Shown: positions 21,624 through 32,299, counted from the stretch's first letter. The stretch is DNA of 64,000 nucleotides from Cyanobacteriota bacterium (GCA_033764955.1 JANRIL010000045.1:1-64000), one strand, 5' to 3'. The notes: generated by a model not told the origin, from the letters alone. Numbers and translations: made by a program.

Positions 21624-22364
21624 ATGTACAAACCTATACAAGACGGCATAGACAAATCCGTTCGATCGGTGCAGTTTTCCGAAGCACAGCCCCCAAGTTT
21701 CCTCGCTGGACTGGTACATTGCTTTTGGGAACTCAAAACAGTCACCGATCTGCCAGAAGATTTTCACTACCATGCGTTGCCCGATGCTTGCGTGAATATT
21801 TTGTTTAACCAAGTAGACACGCACATAGCGGGAATAACGGCACTGCGCACCAAGGCAGAAGTGTTGAACCTTGGCAAATCATTTCACTATGTTGGCATTC
21901 AGTTTTATCCTGGGGTCTGGCAGGGTCAAAAGGAGGAGATCACCAATCGTTATGTAGGGACACCTTATTTGGGAAATTTGCCACTGATACAAACAAGCAA
22001 AAAAATTGCAGAACTGGATTTCAATCGTAAGTTGCCAATCCTTGCAGAATTAGTTGAGTGTTTTCTCAAAGAGAAATTAATCACAGTTAATTTTGTGACA
22101 GAGAAAATCCTCACACAGCTTGATCAAATCCACACTGTGACGGATATGGCACGACTGACAGAATTGTCGCCTCGTCAACTTCAACGAACACTGAACCGAA
22201 TGATTGGGTTATCACCACACGATCTGCTTAAGGTCTTGCGGGTGCAGCAGTCCTTCAAACAGCACTACCTTGAATTGTACGCAGACCAGTCGCACTATAT
22301 TCATTCATTTCGCAAAGTCACAGGTTACACACCCACAAAGTACACTGCTAAGTTTGATGTCTGA
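21624..22364 (+). CDS. AraC-family transcriptional regulator (DUF6597 N-terminus)
   Basis: VHCFWEL..LPDACVNILF; HTH LSPRQLQR..YADQSHYIHSFRKVTGYTP. Confidence 0.9.
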   Translation: MYKPIQDGIDKSVRSVQFSEAQPPSFLAGLVHCFWELKTVTDLPEDFHYHALPDACVNILFNQVDTHIAGITALRTKAEVLNLGKSFHYVGIQFYPGVWQGQKEEITNRYVGTPYLGNLPLIQTSKKIAELDFNRKLPILAELVECFLKEKLITVNFVTEKILTQLDQIHTVTDMARLTELSPRQLQRTLNRMIGLSPHDLLKVLRVQQSFKQHYLELYADQSHYIHSFRKVTGYTPTKYTAKFDV

Positions 22365-22432
22365 TTTCTACAATACAAGTAGCAAGGTACAGCGCTATAG
22401 TGGCTGCTCTACCCTCAACTTTGGAGAATGGT

Positions 22433-22813
22433 ATGGAAAAGCCTAATGTGATCGGTTGGTTTGATATTTACGTAGAAGATATGGATCGAGCTGTTACGTT
22501 CTATGAGAGCGTATTTGAGCAGAAGCTAGAAAAGATCGTTGACCCGACTGGCGAAACACAAATGATGAGCTTTCCTGCAAATATGAAAGCCTATGGTGCA
22601 TCAGGTGCTTTGGTAAAAACGAAACATTCTCGACCAGGAATCGGTGGCACAATGGTTTACTTTGGTGTTGAAGACTGCTCTGTACAAGAGTCCCGAATCA
22701 TTGGTGCAAAAGGCAAGATTGTCAGACCAAAGTTCTCGATCGGGGAGTTTGGTTGGGTGACGCTGTGTGTAGACACTGAGGGCAATATGTTTGGTCTCAA
22801 CTCAATGAACTGA
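22433..22813 (+). CDS. VOC/glyoxalase family protein
   Basis: IGWFDIYVEDMDRAVTFYESVF..DTEGNMFGL. Confidence 0.9.
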   Translation: MEKPNVIGWFDIYVEDMDRAVTFYESVFEQKLEKIVDPTGETQMMSFPANMKAYGASGALVKTKHSRPGIGGTMVYFGVEDCSVQESRIIGAKGKIVRPKFSIGEFGWVTLCVDTEGNMFGLNSMN

Positions 22814-22856
22814 AACGATGTAGCAACTCTACTTGACTCGTGAGAAAAAGGAAGGA

Positions 22857-22933
22857 CGTAGGTTGGGTGTAGGAAAGCCGAACCTAACACCGAGAGCTAG
22901 CGTTGGGTTCCGTTGCACCCCACCTAACCTACG
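22857..22933. repeat. GTAG-type REP-like palindromic element
   Basis: CGTAGGTTGGGTG...CACCTAACCTACG terminal inverted repeat with inner AACCTAAC/GTTGGGTT arms. Confidence 0.65.
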
Positions 22934-22953
22934 AAATTCTTAGTTGAAGTGCG

Positions 22954-23038
22954 GTCTAACAATACAGTGGAGCAGACGATAGAGAATCTTCGCGCTACGT
23001 TCTGGCCTACCCGCCGCCGCTCACTTTAGTTGTTATCT
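22954..23038 (+). repeat. attC site closing the second array
   Basis: R'' GTCTAAC, AGTGGAGC..GCTCACT pairing, R' G/TTATCT at 23032. Confidence 0.8.
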
Positions 23039-23039
23039 G

Positions 23040-23330
23040 AGAATTTAGAGAATTTCTTGTCACTCATCCGAAGCCTGGGGGGTCTGGATTGTGGAGTCCA
23101 AGTAATGCTCTGTTTAGTGTTTGCCACATATCCGAAGAGGCTGTTAAAAAGTGTATCATAGTCATTCCCAATAAGAATGCAACCACCTAAATCTTGATAT
23201 CCAAACCTTGAGAGGTTTTGTGGTTCTCAAACTAAGTTGGAACGACTATAAAACCCAAGAATAACGAGGATGATTTGGTTCTTTCATCCGCGATCTCAAG
23301 GGTGCATGGTCTTTCGGCAGATTGAATAAA
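23040..23330 (+). mobile_element. IS200 tnpA C-terminal remnant interrupted by a ~94-bp MITE (23157-23250)
   Basis: GSGLWSPSNALFSVCHISEEAVKKCI resembles the TnpA(Y1) C-terminus; imperfect TIR ATAGTCATTCC..GGAACGACTAT; ..TQE* resumes after the insert. Confidence 0.5.
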
Positions 23331-23349
23331 CGCTTCTGCCCCTCAGTTC

Positions 23350-24384
23350 CTAATCAATGCAGGGAAGACGAGATTCTAAAAACTCAAAAAATTGCCCAAC
23401 CAACTGGGGATCCCGCCAACCATGGTCAGTTTCTTCTTGGAGAATCGCTTTGGCTTCCTGCACGGTGAAGGCTTGCTTGTAGGGACGCTCGGAGGTGAGG
23501 GCGTCATAGATATCAATCAACTGAAAAATTCTGGCAACATAGGGAATTTCTTCCCCACACAGGCGATCGGGGTAACCACTGCCATCCCAGCGCTCGTGAT
23601 GATGGCGGATGATTGGGAGCACGTCTTTCATGGTGCGGAGGGGTTGACAAATTCGCTCTCCGATCAAAACATGGGATTTCATGATTTCCCATTCTTCGGG
23701 AGTGTGCTTGCCTTTTTTGCCCAAAACAGCATCAGGGATCCCGATTTTACCGATGTCATGCAAATAACCACCCCAACTGAGCGCTTTGATCATCGGTCGG
23801 GATAGATTCAAAAATTTGCCGAAACTTTCGCCCATTTCTACCAACCGTTCACAGTGATCCCCTGTCGTGGGATCCCGGCTTTCTACGCTTTGGGCAATAG
23901 CAAATAGCACCTGTGCGGCATGGTCGAGATCTTCATTCAGGTGCTTTTGGTGAACCAGTGAGCGCACCCGCGCCAGTAACTCCTGCTGCTCAATGGGCTT
24001 AGGTAAAAAGTCGTCAGCTCCCAGCTCAATGCCTCGCAGACGAAACACCTTGGTCTCGCGGATCCCCGCTGCCGTCAACATAATCACAGGAATCAAGCGG
24101 GTTTGGTCGTTACTCTTGAGTCGGCGACAGACCTCATGCCCATTGATCCCTGGCATCATTACATCCAACAGAACCAGATCCGGCTGCAAGGTTTCCACTA
24201 ATTGGAGGGCTTGGGATCCCCCTTCCACTTCCGTCACCCGATAGCCACTGGCTCTCAGCAAATCACCCAACAACATGCGGGCATTGCCATCGTCATCCAC
24301 CACCAAAATATGACTACCTTCAAAGTCATCAAATTGTTCTGAATGTTCTGAGGGGGAAAGGGAGGCCACAGTCACAGAAAACAC
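23350..24384 (-). CDS. Response regulator with HD-GYP c-di-GMP phosphodiesterase domain (RpfG-like)
   Basis: REC (ILVVDDD, LLDVMMPG); LHDIGKIG, HHHERWDGSGYP, IYDALTSERPYK. Confidence 0.93.
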   Translation of the reverse strand: MFSVTVASLSPSEHSEQFDDFEGSHILVVDDDGNARMLLGDLLRASGYRVTEVEGGSQALQLVETLQPDLVLLDVMMPGINGHEVCRRLKSNDQTRLIPVIMLTAAGIRETKVFRLRGIELGADDFLPKPIEQQELLARVRSLVHQKHLNEDLDHAAQVLFAIAQSVESRDPTTGDHCERLVEMGESFGKFLNLSRPMIKALSWGGYLHDIGKIGIPDAVLGKKGKHTPEEWEIMKSHVLIGERICQPLRTMKDVLPIIRHHHERWDGSGYPDRLCGEEIPYVARIFQLIDIYDALTSERPYKQAFTVQEAKAILQEETDHGWRDPQLVGQFFEFLESRLPCID

Positions 24385-24541
24385 CTAGCTCGGGAACAAT
24401 GTATTGTAGTTACACCCTAGTTCTGAAGCCACTCTTCCCGCATCCGGCTATCTACTTAATTCCCAAAGATCCCCTGTGATGAATTCCTAATCATCCAAAA
24501 GCAAATCGTCTCTGAGTAGACAAGCCAGGATGCTGACCCCA

Positions 24542-25486
24542 TCACGAGATCGGCATTTGTAAAACAATTTTGCCGCGGGTGCGTTGGCTTTCGATGGCGG
24601 TGTGCGCCTGAGCTACCTGATCCAGAGGGAAAACAGATCCTGCTTCAAGGTGGGGACGCAGATGGCCCGCATCCACCAATTCTCTAATCTGGTTGAGGGT
24701 TTCGGCCTCCGGTCTGACCAGAATGCGGTTGGCCTGCACCCCATATTTGACCGCCAATTCTGGGGGAGGAGCCGCCAAAATAGTTACCAAATGTCCCCCC
24801 GGTTTGACCACCTGAAAGGAGCGGCGTTGCACCTCGCCCCCCACCGTATCCAAGACAACATCCTGAGGGGGGACAACCGTCTCAAAAGGGATCCGTGTGT
24901 AATCCACCACCTGATCTACCCCTAGCCCCTCTAAAAAAGCCAGGTTGTGACTACTCGCGGTCGTGGTGACGATAGCCCCTTTCCACTTGGCTAGCTGAAT
25001 GGCTAGATGTCCGACCCCACCTGCCCCCGCATGGATCAAAATGGATTGTCCCGCCGCAAGATGAGCAGTTTCAAAAATAGCCTGCCAAGCCGTCAGGGTG
25101 GCTAACGGAAGGGCTGCCGCCTCCACATGACTAAGGGTGGTGGGTTTGGGGGCGAGATGCACAACCGAGGCCGCAGCATATTGGGCATAAGCCCTGCCGG
25201 GTTGGGGAAAGCCGATCATGCCGAAGACCGCCTCTCCATTCTGAAACGACTCAACATCGGCGGCGCTGTCTACCACCACTCCTGATACATCCCACCCCAA
25301 GATCCAGGGGAAGGATCCCATATTGGCGGCCACTCCTGCTCCTCTACGGGTTTTGGCATCCACGGGGTTAACTCCTGCCGCATGAACCTGGATGAGCACT
25401 TGTCCATCAGCCAGCATTGGCAATGGAGCCTCGGTGAGTTGCAGAACCTCGGTTCCCCCCGTCGCCTGAATCTGAATTGCCTGCAT
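24542..25486 (-). CDS. NADPH:quinone oxidoreductase (MDR superfamily)
   Basis: AAGVNPVD, ILGWDVSGVV, IHAGAGGVGH, RTRGKIVL. Confidence 0.92.
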   Translation of the reverse strand: MQAIQIQATGGTEVLQLTEAPLPMLADGQVLIQVHAAGVNPVDAKTRRGAGVAANMGSFPWILGWDVSGVVVDSAADVESFQNGEAVFGMIGFPQPGRAYAQYAAASVVHLAPKPTTLSHVEAAALPLATLTAWQAIFETAHLAAGQSILIHAGAGGVGHLAIQLAKWKGAIVTTTASSHNLAFLEGLGVDQVVDYTRIPFETVVPPQDVVLDTVGGEVQRRSFQVVKPGGHLVTILAAPPPELAVKYGVQANRILVRPEAETLNQIRELVDAGHLRPHLEAGSVFPLDQVAQAHTAIESQRTRGKIVLQMPIS

Positions 25487-25724
25487 ACGTCCTTGCTCTC
25501 GTGTTTCTCCCACCTTACCTGATGCAAGGGATCCCGCTCTCAATCTGGGTGGTAACGACAACAGATCAACAGGTTGATTGGCGAGGTTGCCCAATCCTTA
25601 AATTCTCAAGATGGCTCACCCGCCGGATCCCCAAATGACCAGTAAGCTATTGAACGTTGTCCAACCCAGCCAGGGATCCCGAATCAGGCGCTTCTCCAGA
25701 CCCCACTCACTTTTCTCCAAACCT

Positions 25725-27398
25725 ATGCCCGTTCCCCCTTTCGACTTTAGCCACTACTTTACCTATGGCGAAATCGTCAGCTTCTTGCAGGAGATGCAGG
25801 CAGCCTATCCGCACTTGATGGAGCTACAAGTGATCGGGCACAGCTATCAAAACCGCGATATTTGGCTAGCTACCCTCACCCAGCAAGCCACTGGGTCTGC
25901 CCTAGAAAAGCCCGCCTACTGGATTGATGCCAACACCCACGCCGGAGAAGTAACGGGATCCGCTGTCGCTCTCTACACGATCTACCATCTCCTCACCACC
26001 TATGGTCAGGATGCCCATTCCAGCCAAGTTTTGGATGGCTACACGATCTATGTCCTGCCGCGGATAGCCGTGGATGGCTCCGAAAAATATCTGACTACCC
26101 CCTATCTGTTGCGCTCCAGTGTTCGGTCTTACCCTTATCCTGAGCAACAAGATGGTCTCTATCCTGAGGATGTCAACGGCGATGGGCAGATCTTAACGAT
26201 GCGGCTCGTGGATCCCTGTGGAGCCTGGAAAGCTTCCGCCCAAGACCCACGGGTGATGCGCCCCCGCGAGCCGGATGACTTCGGCGGCATCTACTATACG
26301 CTGCTACCGGAGGGATCCCTCAAAAACTACGACGGCTATGGCATCAAACTCGCCCCGGATCAGGAGGGGATGGACTTTAACCGCAACTATCCCCATGAAT
26401 GGGCACCAGAAGGAACCCAAGTGGGAGCGGGAGAGTTTCCTTTCTCTGAGCCGGAAACCCGTGCTGAGGCGGAATTTTGGCGAACCCATCGCAATATCAA
26501 CGGGTTTTTGACCTATCACACCTTTTCCGCCGTTATCCTGCGGCCCTACAGCACCCATCCCGACGAGCATTTTCCTGTGGAGGATCTCGACACCTATAAG
26601 TTGATCGGGGCTAAGGGATCCCAGATCACCGGGTATGAGTGCGTTTCGGTCTACCACAAGTTTCGCTATCACCCCAAAGAGGTGATCCGTGGGGGTATGG
26701 ATGATTATGGCTATGACCAGTGGGGTTGGTTTGGCTTCACCACCGAGCTATGGGATCTGCCAACCGCCGCCGGGGTAGAGAAGAAAGACTATATCGAATG
26801 GTTTCGCACCCACCCCGAAGCCGACGACCTCACGATCATTGCTTGGGCGGATCAACACCTGGGCGATCAGGGCTTTCATAACTGGCAACCCTTTCAACAT
26901 CCGCAACTGGGATCGGTGGAGATTGGGGGGTGGGACTTTAAGTATGCGTGGCAAAATGCTCCCGCCGCTTTTTTGCCGGAGTTGTGTCAAAAGCATTGTC
27001 AATTTACGCTGGCTCATGCCTTGATGTCCCCTCGCTTAGCCATCGGTCGCACCGAAATCACCCCGCAAGGGGCAGGTATCTATCACCTGGTGGTGCAACT
27101 GGAAAATCAAGGGTTTTTGCCCACTTACACCAGCAAAAAAGCCCAAGAGCGGAAAATTGTCCGCCCGATTCGGGTGGTTTTAGCCCTGCCGGATGGAGCC
27201 AGTTTGATCACCGGACACCTCGATCAAGAAGTCGGGCATCTGGAGGGACGCTCCAACAAATATTTTGCTGATTACGGCGAAACCGACTACCGTTGCAAAA
27301 TCGAGTGGGTGATCAAGGGATCCCCCCATGCCCAGATCCAACTGACGGCTATCGCTGAGCGGGCAGGCACCGTTCGTGCCACCATCACGCTCCCTTAG
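25725..27398 (+). CDS. M14-family zinc carboxypeptidase
   Basis: NTHAGE, DFNRNYP, PFSEPETR, TYHTFS. Confidence 0.92.
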   Translation: MPVPPFDFSHYFTYGEIVSFLQEMQAAYPHLMELQVIGHSYQNRDIWLATLTQQATGSALEKPAYWIDANTHAGEVTGSAVALYTIYHLLTTYGQDAHSSQVLDGYTIYVLPRIAVDGSEKYLTTPYLLRSSVRSYPYPEQQDGLYPEDVNGDGQILTMRLVDPCGAWKASAQDPRVMRPREPDDFGGIYYTLLPEGSLKNYDGYGIKLAPDQEGMDFNRNYPHEWAPEGTQVGAGEFPFSEPETRAEAEFWRTHRNINGFLTYHTFSAVILRPYSTHPDEHFPVEDLDTYKLIGAKGSQITGYECVSVYHKFRYHPKEVIRGGMDDYGYDQWGWFGFTTELWDLPTAAGVEKKDYIEWFRTHPEADDLTIIAWADQHLGDQGFHNWQPFQHPQLGSVEIGGWDFKYAWQNAPAAFLPELCQKHCQFTLAHALMSPRLAIGRTEITPQGAGIYHLVVQLENQGFLPTYTSKKAQERKIVRPIRVVLALPDGASLITGHLDQEVGHLEGRSNKYFADYGETDYRCKIEWVIKGSPHAQIQLTAIAERAGTVRATITLP

Positions 27399-27623
27399 GG
27401 ATCCCTCCGCCAGGGTTCCGAACCAATGTCTACACACGGGAGCCGTGGTTGGCAGTCAACTAACCAGCTACAGATTCCCTTTCCCCTTCTCCCAGAGAAA
27501 TCAGAGAAGGACAATCTGTGTCTTGCGCTACATAAAATCCCTACTTAGGCAAGCGAAGATGAGAGCTAACATTAAGATTTTCAATTTTTTCTGCCTACCC
27601 TAGCTGTTGCGAGTTGACCCGGC

Positions 27624-29537
27624 ATGAATGACCCTTGGCAAGGGCAAAGCGCCAATGACTTCTGGAACCCCCAGGTCATGTATCGGGGACGACCTGTAGC
27701 TGGGCGCTCCAAAGCCTTGCTGCAAACCATGTTTGAGAGCATCGGGGAAGGTATTTTTATCGTAGATGTGGAACCGCAGAGTTATCGGTTTGTGACCTGC
27801 AATCCGGCATTCTCTCAGATGTTTGGCATTCCGGCCTCCTCCTTAGAGCGGTTGCAACCCCAAGCGTTTTTGCCCCCTTTGCTAGCGGAGCGCCTCTGTC
27901 TACATATGGATGGCTGTATTCAAGAGCGCCAGCCCGTGCGATACGAAGAGACGCTCCCAACCCCAACCAACCTAATTCGCACGCTGACGATTACCCTCTC
28001 CCCTGTCCTAGAAGGCAATAAACCCATCACCCAGTTGGTGGGTTCTTGCCAGGATATTACAGAGCGGAAACGGGCAGAAATGGCTCTCCAGCAAAGCCAA
28101 CAACGGCTTCAAACCCATAACCGTGTTTTGGTTGATTTGGGTCGCCGCAAAAACCTGAATCGGGGTAATCTACAAGCGGCTCTTCACGAAATCACCGAAA
28201 CGGTGGCTCAAACCTTGGCCTGTGAACGGGTAAGCGTTTGGATTTATAGCCACGACCGGGCTTGTATTGTCTGTGTGGATCTTTTTCAACTCAGCACGAA
28301 TCAACACACCTCTGGCATGGAATTGGCGGCTCAAGACTATCCCAGCTATTTTGCCGCCCTGCAAACCGAACGAACATTGGCGGTCTATTCCGTTGCCACC
28401 GATCCCCGCACCCGTGAGTTGGCAGAAAAATATTGCCATCGGTCTCAGATTGTCTCGCTTCTGGATGCCCCGATCTGGGTGGAGGGGCAAATTGCGGGTA
28501 TCCTCTGCCATGAGCATGTGGGATCCCAGGCGGAGGGGCGACGCTGGGCGGTGGAGGAGGAAAATTTTGCGGGATCCCTGGCCGACTTGGTAGCCCTAGC
28601 CATTGAAGCCTCAGAACGCCAGCAAACCCAGGAGGCACTCCGACAGGCGGAGGAGCGATATCGCAACTTTTTTGAAAACGCTGTAGAAGGTATTTTCTTC
28701 ACCAACACGGAAGGTCGCTATCTCTCTGCCAACCCCACCCTGGCTCGCATTTATGGCTACGACTCGCCCCAAGAAATGATGATCAACATCACCGATATCG
28801 GCCATCAACTTTACGTAGAGCCGACCCGCCGCGAGGAGTTTATTCGCCTGTTAATGTGGCGGGAGTCAGTGCAGGGCTTTGAATCGCAAATTCGCCGCAA
28901 AGATGGCAGCTTAATTTGGATTTCCGAAAACGCGCGGGTGGTACGGAACCGTGAGGGTCAGTTGATTGGCTATGAAGGAACGGTGGAAGATATCACCGCC
29001 CGCAAACAAAAACTAGAGTCGATTGAATTTAAGGCGTATCACGATGCCTTAACCGGACTCGCCAAGCGAGACTTATTTTTGGCTCGCCTGGAACATGCCC
29101 TCAGCCATCCCACTGGCTCAAACGAAATGGTGGCTGTACTGTTTCTGGATTTGGATCGATTTAAGGTAATTAATGATACGCTTGGTCACTCGGTGGGAGA
29201 TGCCCTCTTGAAGCGGGTGGGGGAACGCCTCAGCCAATGTGTCCGTTCAGGTGATACGATTGCCCGCTGGGGAGGGGATGAGTTTACCTTGCTTTTGCCG
29301 CAGCTCACCAGTGTCGAGCAGGTATCCCGGTTAGCGGAGCGAATTTTAGAGGCTCTCAATACCCCCATGGCCTGTGAGGATCATGAGTTGACCGTGACCT
29401 GTAGCATTGGCATTGCTATCTATCCTCAGCACGGGCAGGATTCTCAAACCCTCTTAAACCATGCCGATCAGGCTCTCTATCAGGTAAAAGCCAGTGGTCG
29501 CAATAGCTTTTACATTTATGATCCGATGCTGGTGTGA
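27624..29537 (+). CDS. Diguanylate cyclase, PAS-GAF-PAS-GGDEF
   Basis: PAS/PAC (DITERK), GAF (SLLDAPI..LCHEH), HDALTGL, DLDRFK, RWGGDEF. Confidence 0.93.
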   Translation: MNDPWQGQSANDFWNPQVMYRGRPVAGRSKALLQTMFESIGEGIFIVDVEPQSYRFVTCNPAFSQMFGIPASSLERLQPQAFLPPLLAERLCLHMDGCIQERQPVRYEETLPTPTNLIRTLTITLSPVLEGNKPITQLVGSCQDITERKRAEMALQQSQQRLQTHNRVLVDLGRRKNLNRGNLQAALHEITETVAQTLACERVSVWIYSHDRACIVCVDLFQLSTNQHTSGMELAAQDYPSYFAALQTERTLAVYSVATDPRTRELAEKYCHRSQIVSLLDAPIWVEGQIAGILCHEHVGSQAEGRRWAVEEENFAGSLADLVALAIEASERQQTQEALRQAEERYRNFFENAVEGIFFTNTEGRYLSANPTLARIYGYDSPQEMMINITDIGHQLYVEPTRREEFIRLLMWRESVQGFESQIRRKDGSLIWISENARVVRNREGQLIGYEGTVEDITARKQKLESIEFKAYHDALTGLAKRDLFLARLEHALSHPTGSNEMVAVLFLDLDRFKVINDTLGHSVGDALLKRVGERLSQCVRSGDTIARWGGDEFTLLLPQLTSVEQVSRLAERILEALNTPMACEDHELTVTCSIGIAIYPQHGQDSQTLLNHADQALYQVKASGRNSFYIYDPMLV

Positions 29538-29758
29538 TCCGATGCTGGTGTGATCCGATGGTGGCTCTGTCGGAATTGAGGCAGAACCTTTGTGTCGAAA
29601 AATGCAAGGAAGGGCTCTACCCCATTGCCATCTGCCCAAATGGCGGCTACAGTAACGCTTTGATTCACTGGTTGTGGGTTAGTGGGGAGCGCGAATGGAT
29701 GAGGGGTTGGGGCTACGGATGACTAGGGGAACTAAGCGGGTGAAGGCAGAGATGAGGT

Positions 29759-30421
29759 GTGGTGATGGCAACCAATTATGATGATCTTTTTCAACCGGAT
29801 CCCAAAGTGACTGGGTTCGGGGTGACCAAACCGACCAGCAACTCCCCCAAGACGGGAATGGGAGCGCCGTCCGCGGCGAATAGTTCCTCTCCACTACCGG
29901 ATGTATCGGGGATCGTGCAACAGATTGCTCAACAGGTGCTGGATCAGCTAAAACCCTGGATTGAACAGCATTACTCCCCCCCAACCCCCCCCCCTGATGA
30001 CAGTTTCGGCAAAGCGGCTATCCCTGTTACCGATCTGCCAGAATTTCATGCCCTGCAAGGTCAGATAGATATCTTGCAACTGCGCCAAGAGAAACAAGAA
30101 CAACAACTCGCCAATTACGAGGCCGAAATTGCCGAATTACTCCGCGAAAAGGAACTGTTGGAGCAAATCATTCAAGAGCTACCGGAAATTTATCGGCAGA
30201 AATTTATCCAACGCATCCAACCCATCCAAGAGCGCATCCGCCAAATTCAGCAGGAAAATCGTCAGCTACGCGTAGACTTACACGACTTGAGCCTACAACT
30301 GCATCATCATCAGTCATGGGAGGTGCTAGATAGCCCCCGTTGGCAGGTGCGCTTGCCCCAACTGCCCAAAATGAATCGTCGTCCCCTACCCGCTTTGCCC
30401 CGCGCCAGCAGTCAACCCTGA
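29759..30421 (+). CDS. Coiled-coil hypothetical protein
   Basis: Long Q/E-rich heptad region (LEQIIQELPEIYRQKF); start uncertain. Confidence 0.7.
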   Translation: MVMATNYDDLFQPDPKVTGFGVTKPTSNSPKTGMGAPSAANSSSPLPDVSGIVQQIAQQVLDQLKPWIEQHYSPPTPPPDDSFGKAAIPVTDLPEFHALQGQIDILQLRQEKQEQQLANYEAEIAELLREKELLEQIIQELPEIYRQKFIQRIQPIQERIRQIQQENRQLRVDLHDLSLQLHHHQSWEVLDSPRWQVRLPQLPKMNRRPLPALPRASSQP

Positions 30422-30487
30422 AGCCATAACCTCTTGGCAGTTGCTGATTAGCATGGCAGGTTTGTGGGGGATCCCGACCAGGGAGTT

Positions 30488-32299
30488 ATGGTCTACGAAC
30501 CGCTTCACCACAAATACCGTCCCCAGCGCTTTGCCGATGTGGTGGGTCAAGCTGCTGTTGTGAAAACCCTGACCCATGCCATTCAGTTGGGGCGAATTGC
30601 TCCGGCTTATCTCTTTTGTGGCCCACGCGGCACGGGTAAAACCTCCTCCGCCCGCATCTTGGCCAAATCTCTCAACTGTGAGCGGGGTGGACCCACGGCG
30701 GATCCCTGTCAAGTTTGTCAGCAATGTCGCTCCATTACCCATGGATCGTCGTTGGATGTGATTGAGATTGATGCCGCCAGCAATACTGGAGTGGATAAAA
30801 TCCGCGAATTGATCGAACGTGCCCAATTTGCGCCGGTTAGCAGCCGCTACAAGGTTTATGTCCTCGACGAAGTGCATATGCTCAGTTCGGCAGCCTTTAA
30901 TGCCCTGCTCAAAACCCTAGAGGAACCCCCACCCCAAGTCGTGTTTGTTTTGGCTACCACGGATCCACAACGGGTTTTGCCCACGGTTATCTCCCGCTGT
31001 CAACGCTTTGATTATCGGCGCATCCCCCTAACGGATATGCTGGCTCACCTGACCCAGATCGCCCAGCAGGAAGGGATCCCCATTGCCTCTGCCGCCCTGG
31101 AACTGATTGCCCAACTGTCGCAGGGAGGACTGCGGGATGCCGAAAGTTTGTTGGATCAGTTGAGCTTGCTGGAGGGAGAGATTGATCTGGAGGCAGTGTG
31201 GAATTTGGTGGGAGCTGTGCCCGAACGTGCCCTACTTTCTCTGATCGATGCTATTCAAAGTCGGGATCCCCTGCCCGTTATCACCCTAACTCGTCACCTG
31301 CTGGATCACGGCAAAGAACCTCTTACTCTTTTACAAAATCTGGTTAGTTTTTATCGAGATCTGCTCCTCGCCAAAACCGCCCCGAACCGTCGGGATATGG
31401 TGGCGCTCACCCCGGACACCTGGGCAGCCCTACAAACCCGTGCTGAGCACTACAGCATTTCCCATGTCCTGGCTCTGCAAAGCCACCTTCGCCAAGCGGA
31501 AATCCAGATCCGGCAAAGTGGGCAGCCCCGTCTCTGGTTAGAAATTAGCCTGATGGAGTTGCTGCAAGCTGCCTCCGCCTCTGCTCCCCCGACCGAGTTA
31601 GCCCTGCCACAGATGCCACCGCCTGCTCCCTTGCCCTCCCCTCCTCCCCTTGCTCCACCATCGGTAGCACCCTCCCCTCCCTCTATGCCGGATCCTCCTG
31701 CCGTGGTGGTCAAACCCGTTCTTTCCCCCTCTCCTCCCGCCGCCGCCGATCCCCTCCCCTCCCCCCCGCCCGTGGGATCCCTGGGATCCCAGTGGGAGAT
31801 CTTTCTGCAACGACTGACCCCGGTGGCGAAAGGGCGGGTTCGGCTAGGGCGAGTCATTCAGGAAACTCCCCAAGAAATCACGCTTGGCTTTCCTAACCAA
31901 GGATTTGCCGACATGGCACGAGCCAAGCTGAGCGATATTCAGCCGATTGTCAATGAGGTGGTGGGTCGCACCGTCCGCCTAATCTTTACGGTCGATGTGG
32001 CAACCCTAGCTCCTCCCACCGACTCACCCCCGCCGCCGCCCCCCGCCGCCGCTTCCTCTGGGATTCCGCTTAGCCCCCCCCTCCCTCAGGGATCCCCGAC
32101 CGCCGCCCCCCTCGCTACTCCGGCTTCTCCCCCTTCTGCCCCTCTGCCGGAACCGGATGAGTTGCAGGAAACAGCCCGTCGCCTAGCCGAGTTTTTCCAC
32201 GGCAGTGTTGTCTCCATGTCCCCTGGGGATCCCCAGCCCGCCGCAACTCCCCTCAATTCTGCCCCCCCAACCCCAGAGGAAGAGGATCTACCGTTTTAG
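30488..32299 (+). CDS. dnaX: DNA polymerase III gamma/tau subunit
   Basis: YEPLHHKYRPQRFADVVGQ, GPRGTGKTS, EIDAAS, DEVHML, SRCQ; C-terminal DLPF. Confidence 0.97.
   Translation: MVYEPLHHKYRPQRFADVVGQAAVVKTLTHAIQLGRIAPAYLFCGPRGTGKTSSARILAKSLNCERGGPTADPCQVCQQCRSITHGSSLDVIEIDAASNTGVDKIRELIERAQFAPVSSRYKVYVLDEVHMLSSAAFNALLKTLEEPPPQVVFVLATTDPQRVLPTVISRCQRFDYRRIPLTDMLAHLTQIAQQEGIPIASAALELIAQLSQGGLRDAESLLDQLSLLEGEIDLEAVWNLVGAVPERALLSLIDAIQSRDPLPVITLTRHLLDHGKEPLTLLQNLVSFYRDLLLAKTAPNRRDMVALTPDTWAALQTRAEHYSISHVLALQSHLRQAEIQIRQSGQPRLWLEISLMELLQAASASAPPTELALPQMPPPAPLPSPPPLAPPSVAPSPPSMPDPPAVVVKPVLSPSPPAAADPLPSPPPVGSLGSQWEIFLQRLTPVAKGRVRLGRVIQETPQEITLGFPNQGFADMARAKLSDIQPIVNEVVGRTVRLIFTVDVATLAPPTDSPPPPPPAAASSGIPLSPPLPQGSPTAAPLATPASPPSAPLPEPDELQETARRLAEFFHGSVVSMSPGDPQPAATPLNSAPPTPEEEDLPF

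Noticed and set aside
22857..22933. Additional attC site
   Set aside because: It has GTAG-type REP architecture; the convincing attC follows at 22954
29519..29560. 16-nt tandem repeat (2.6 copies) across the diguanylate cyclase stop
   Set aside because: No spacers; a simple slippage duplication with no effect on the protein
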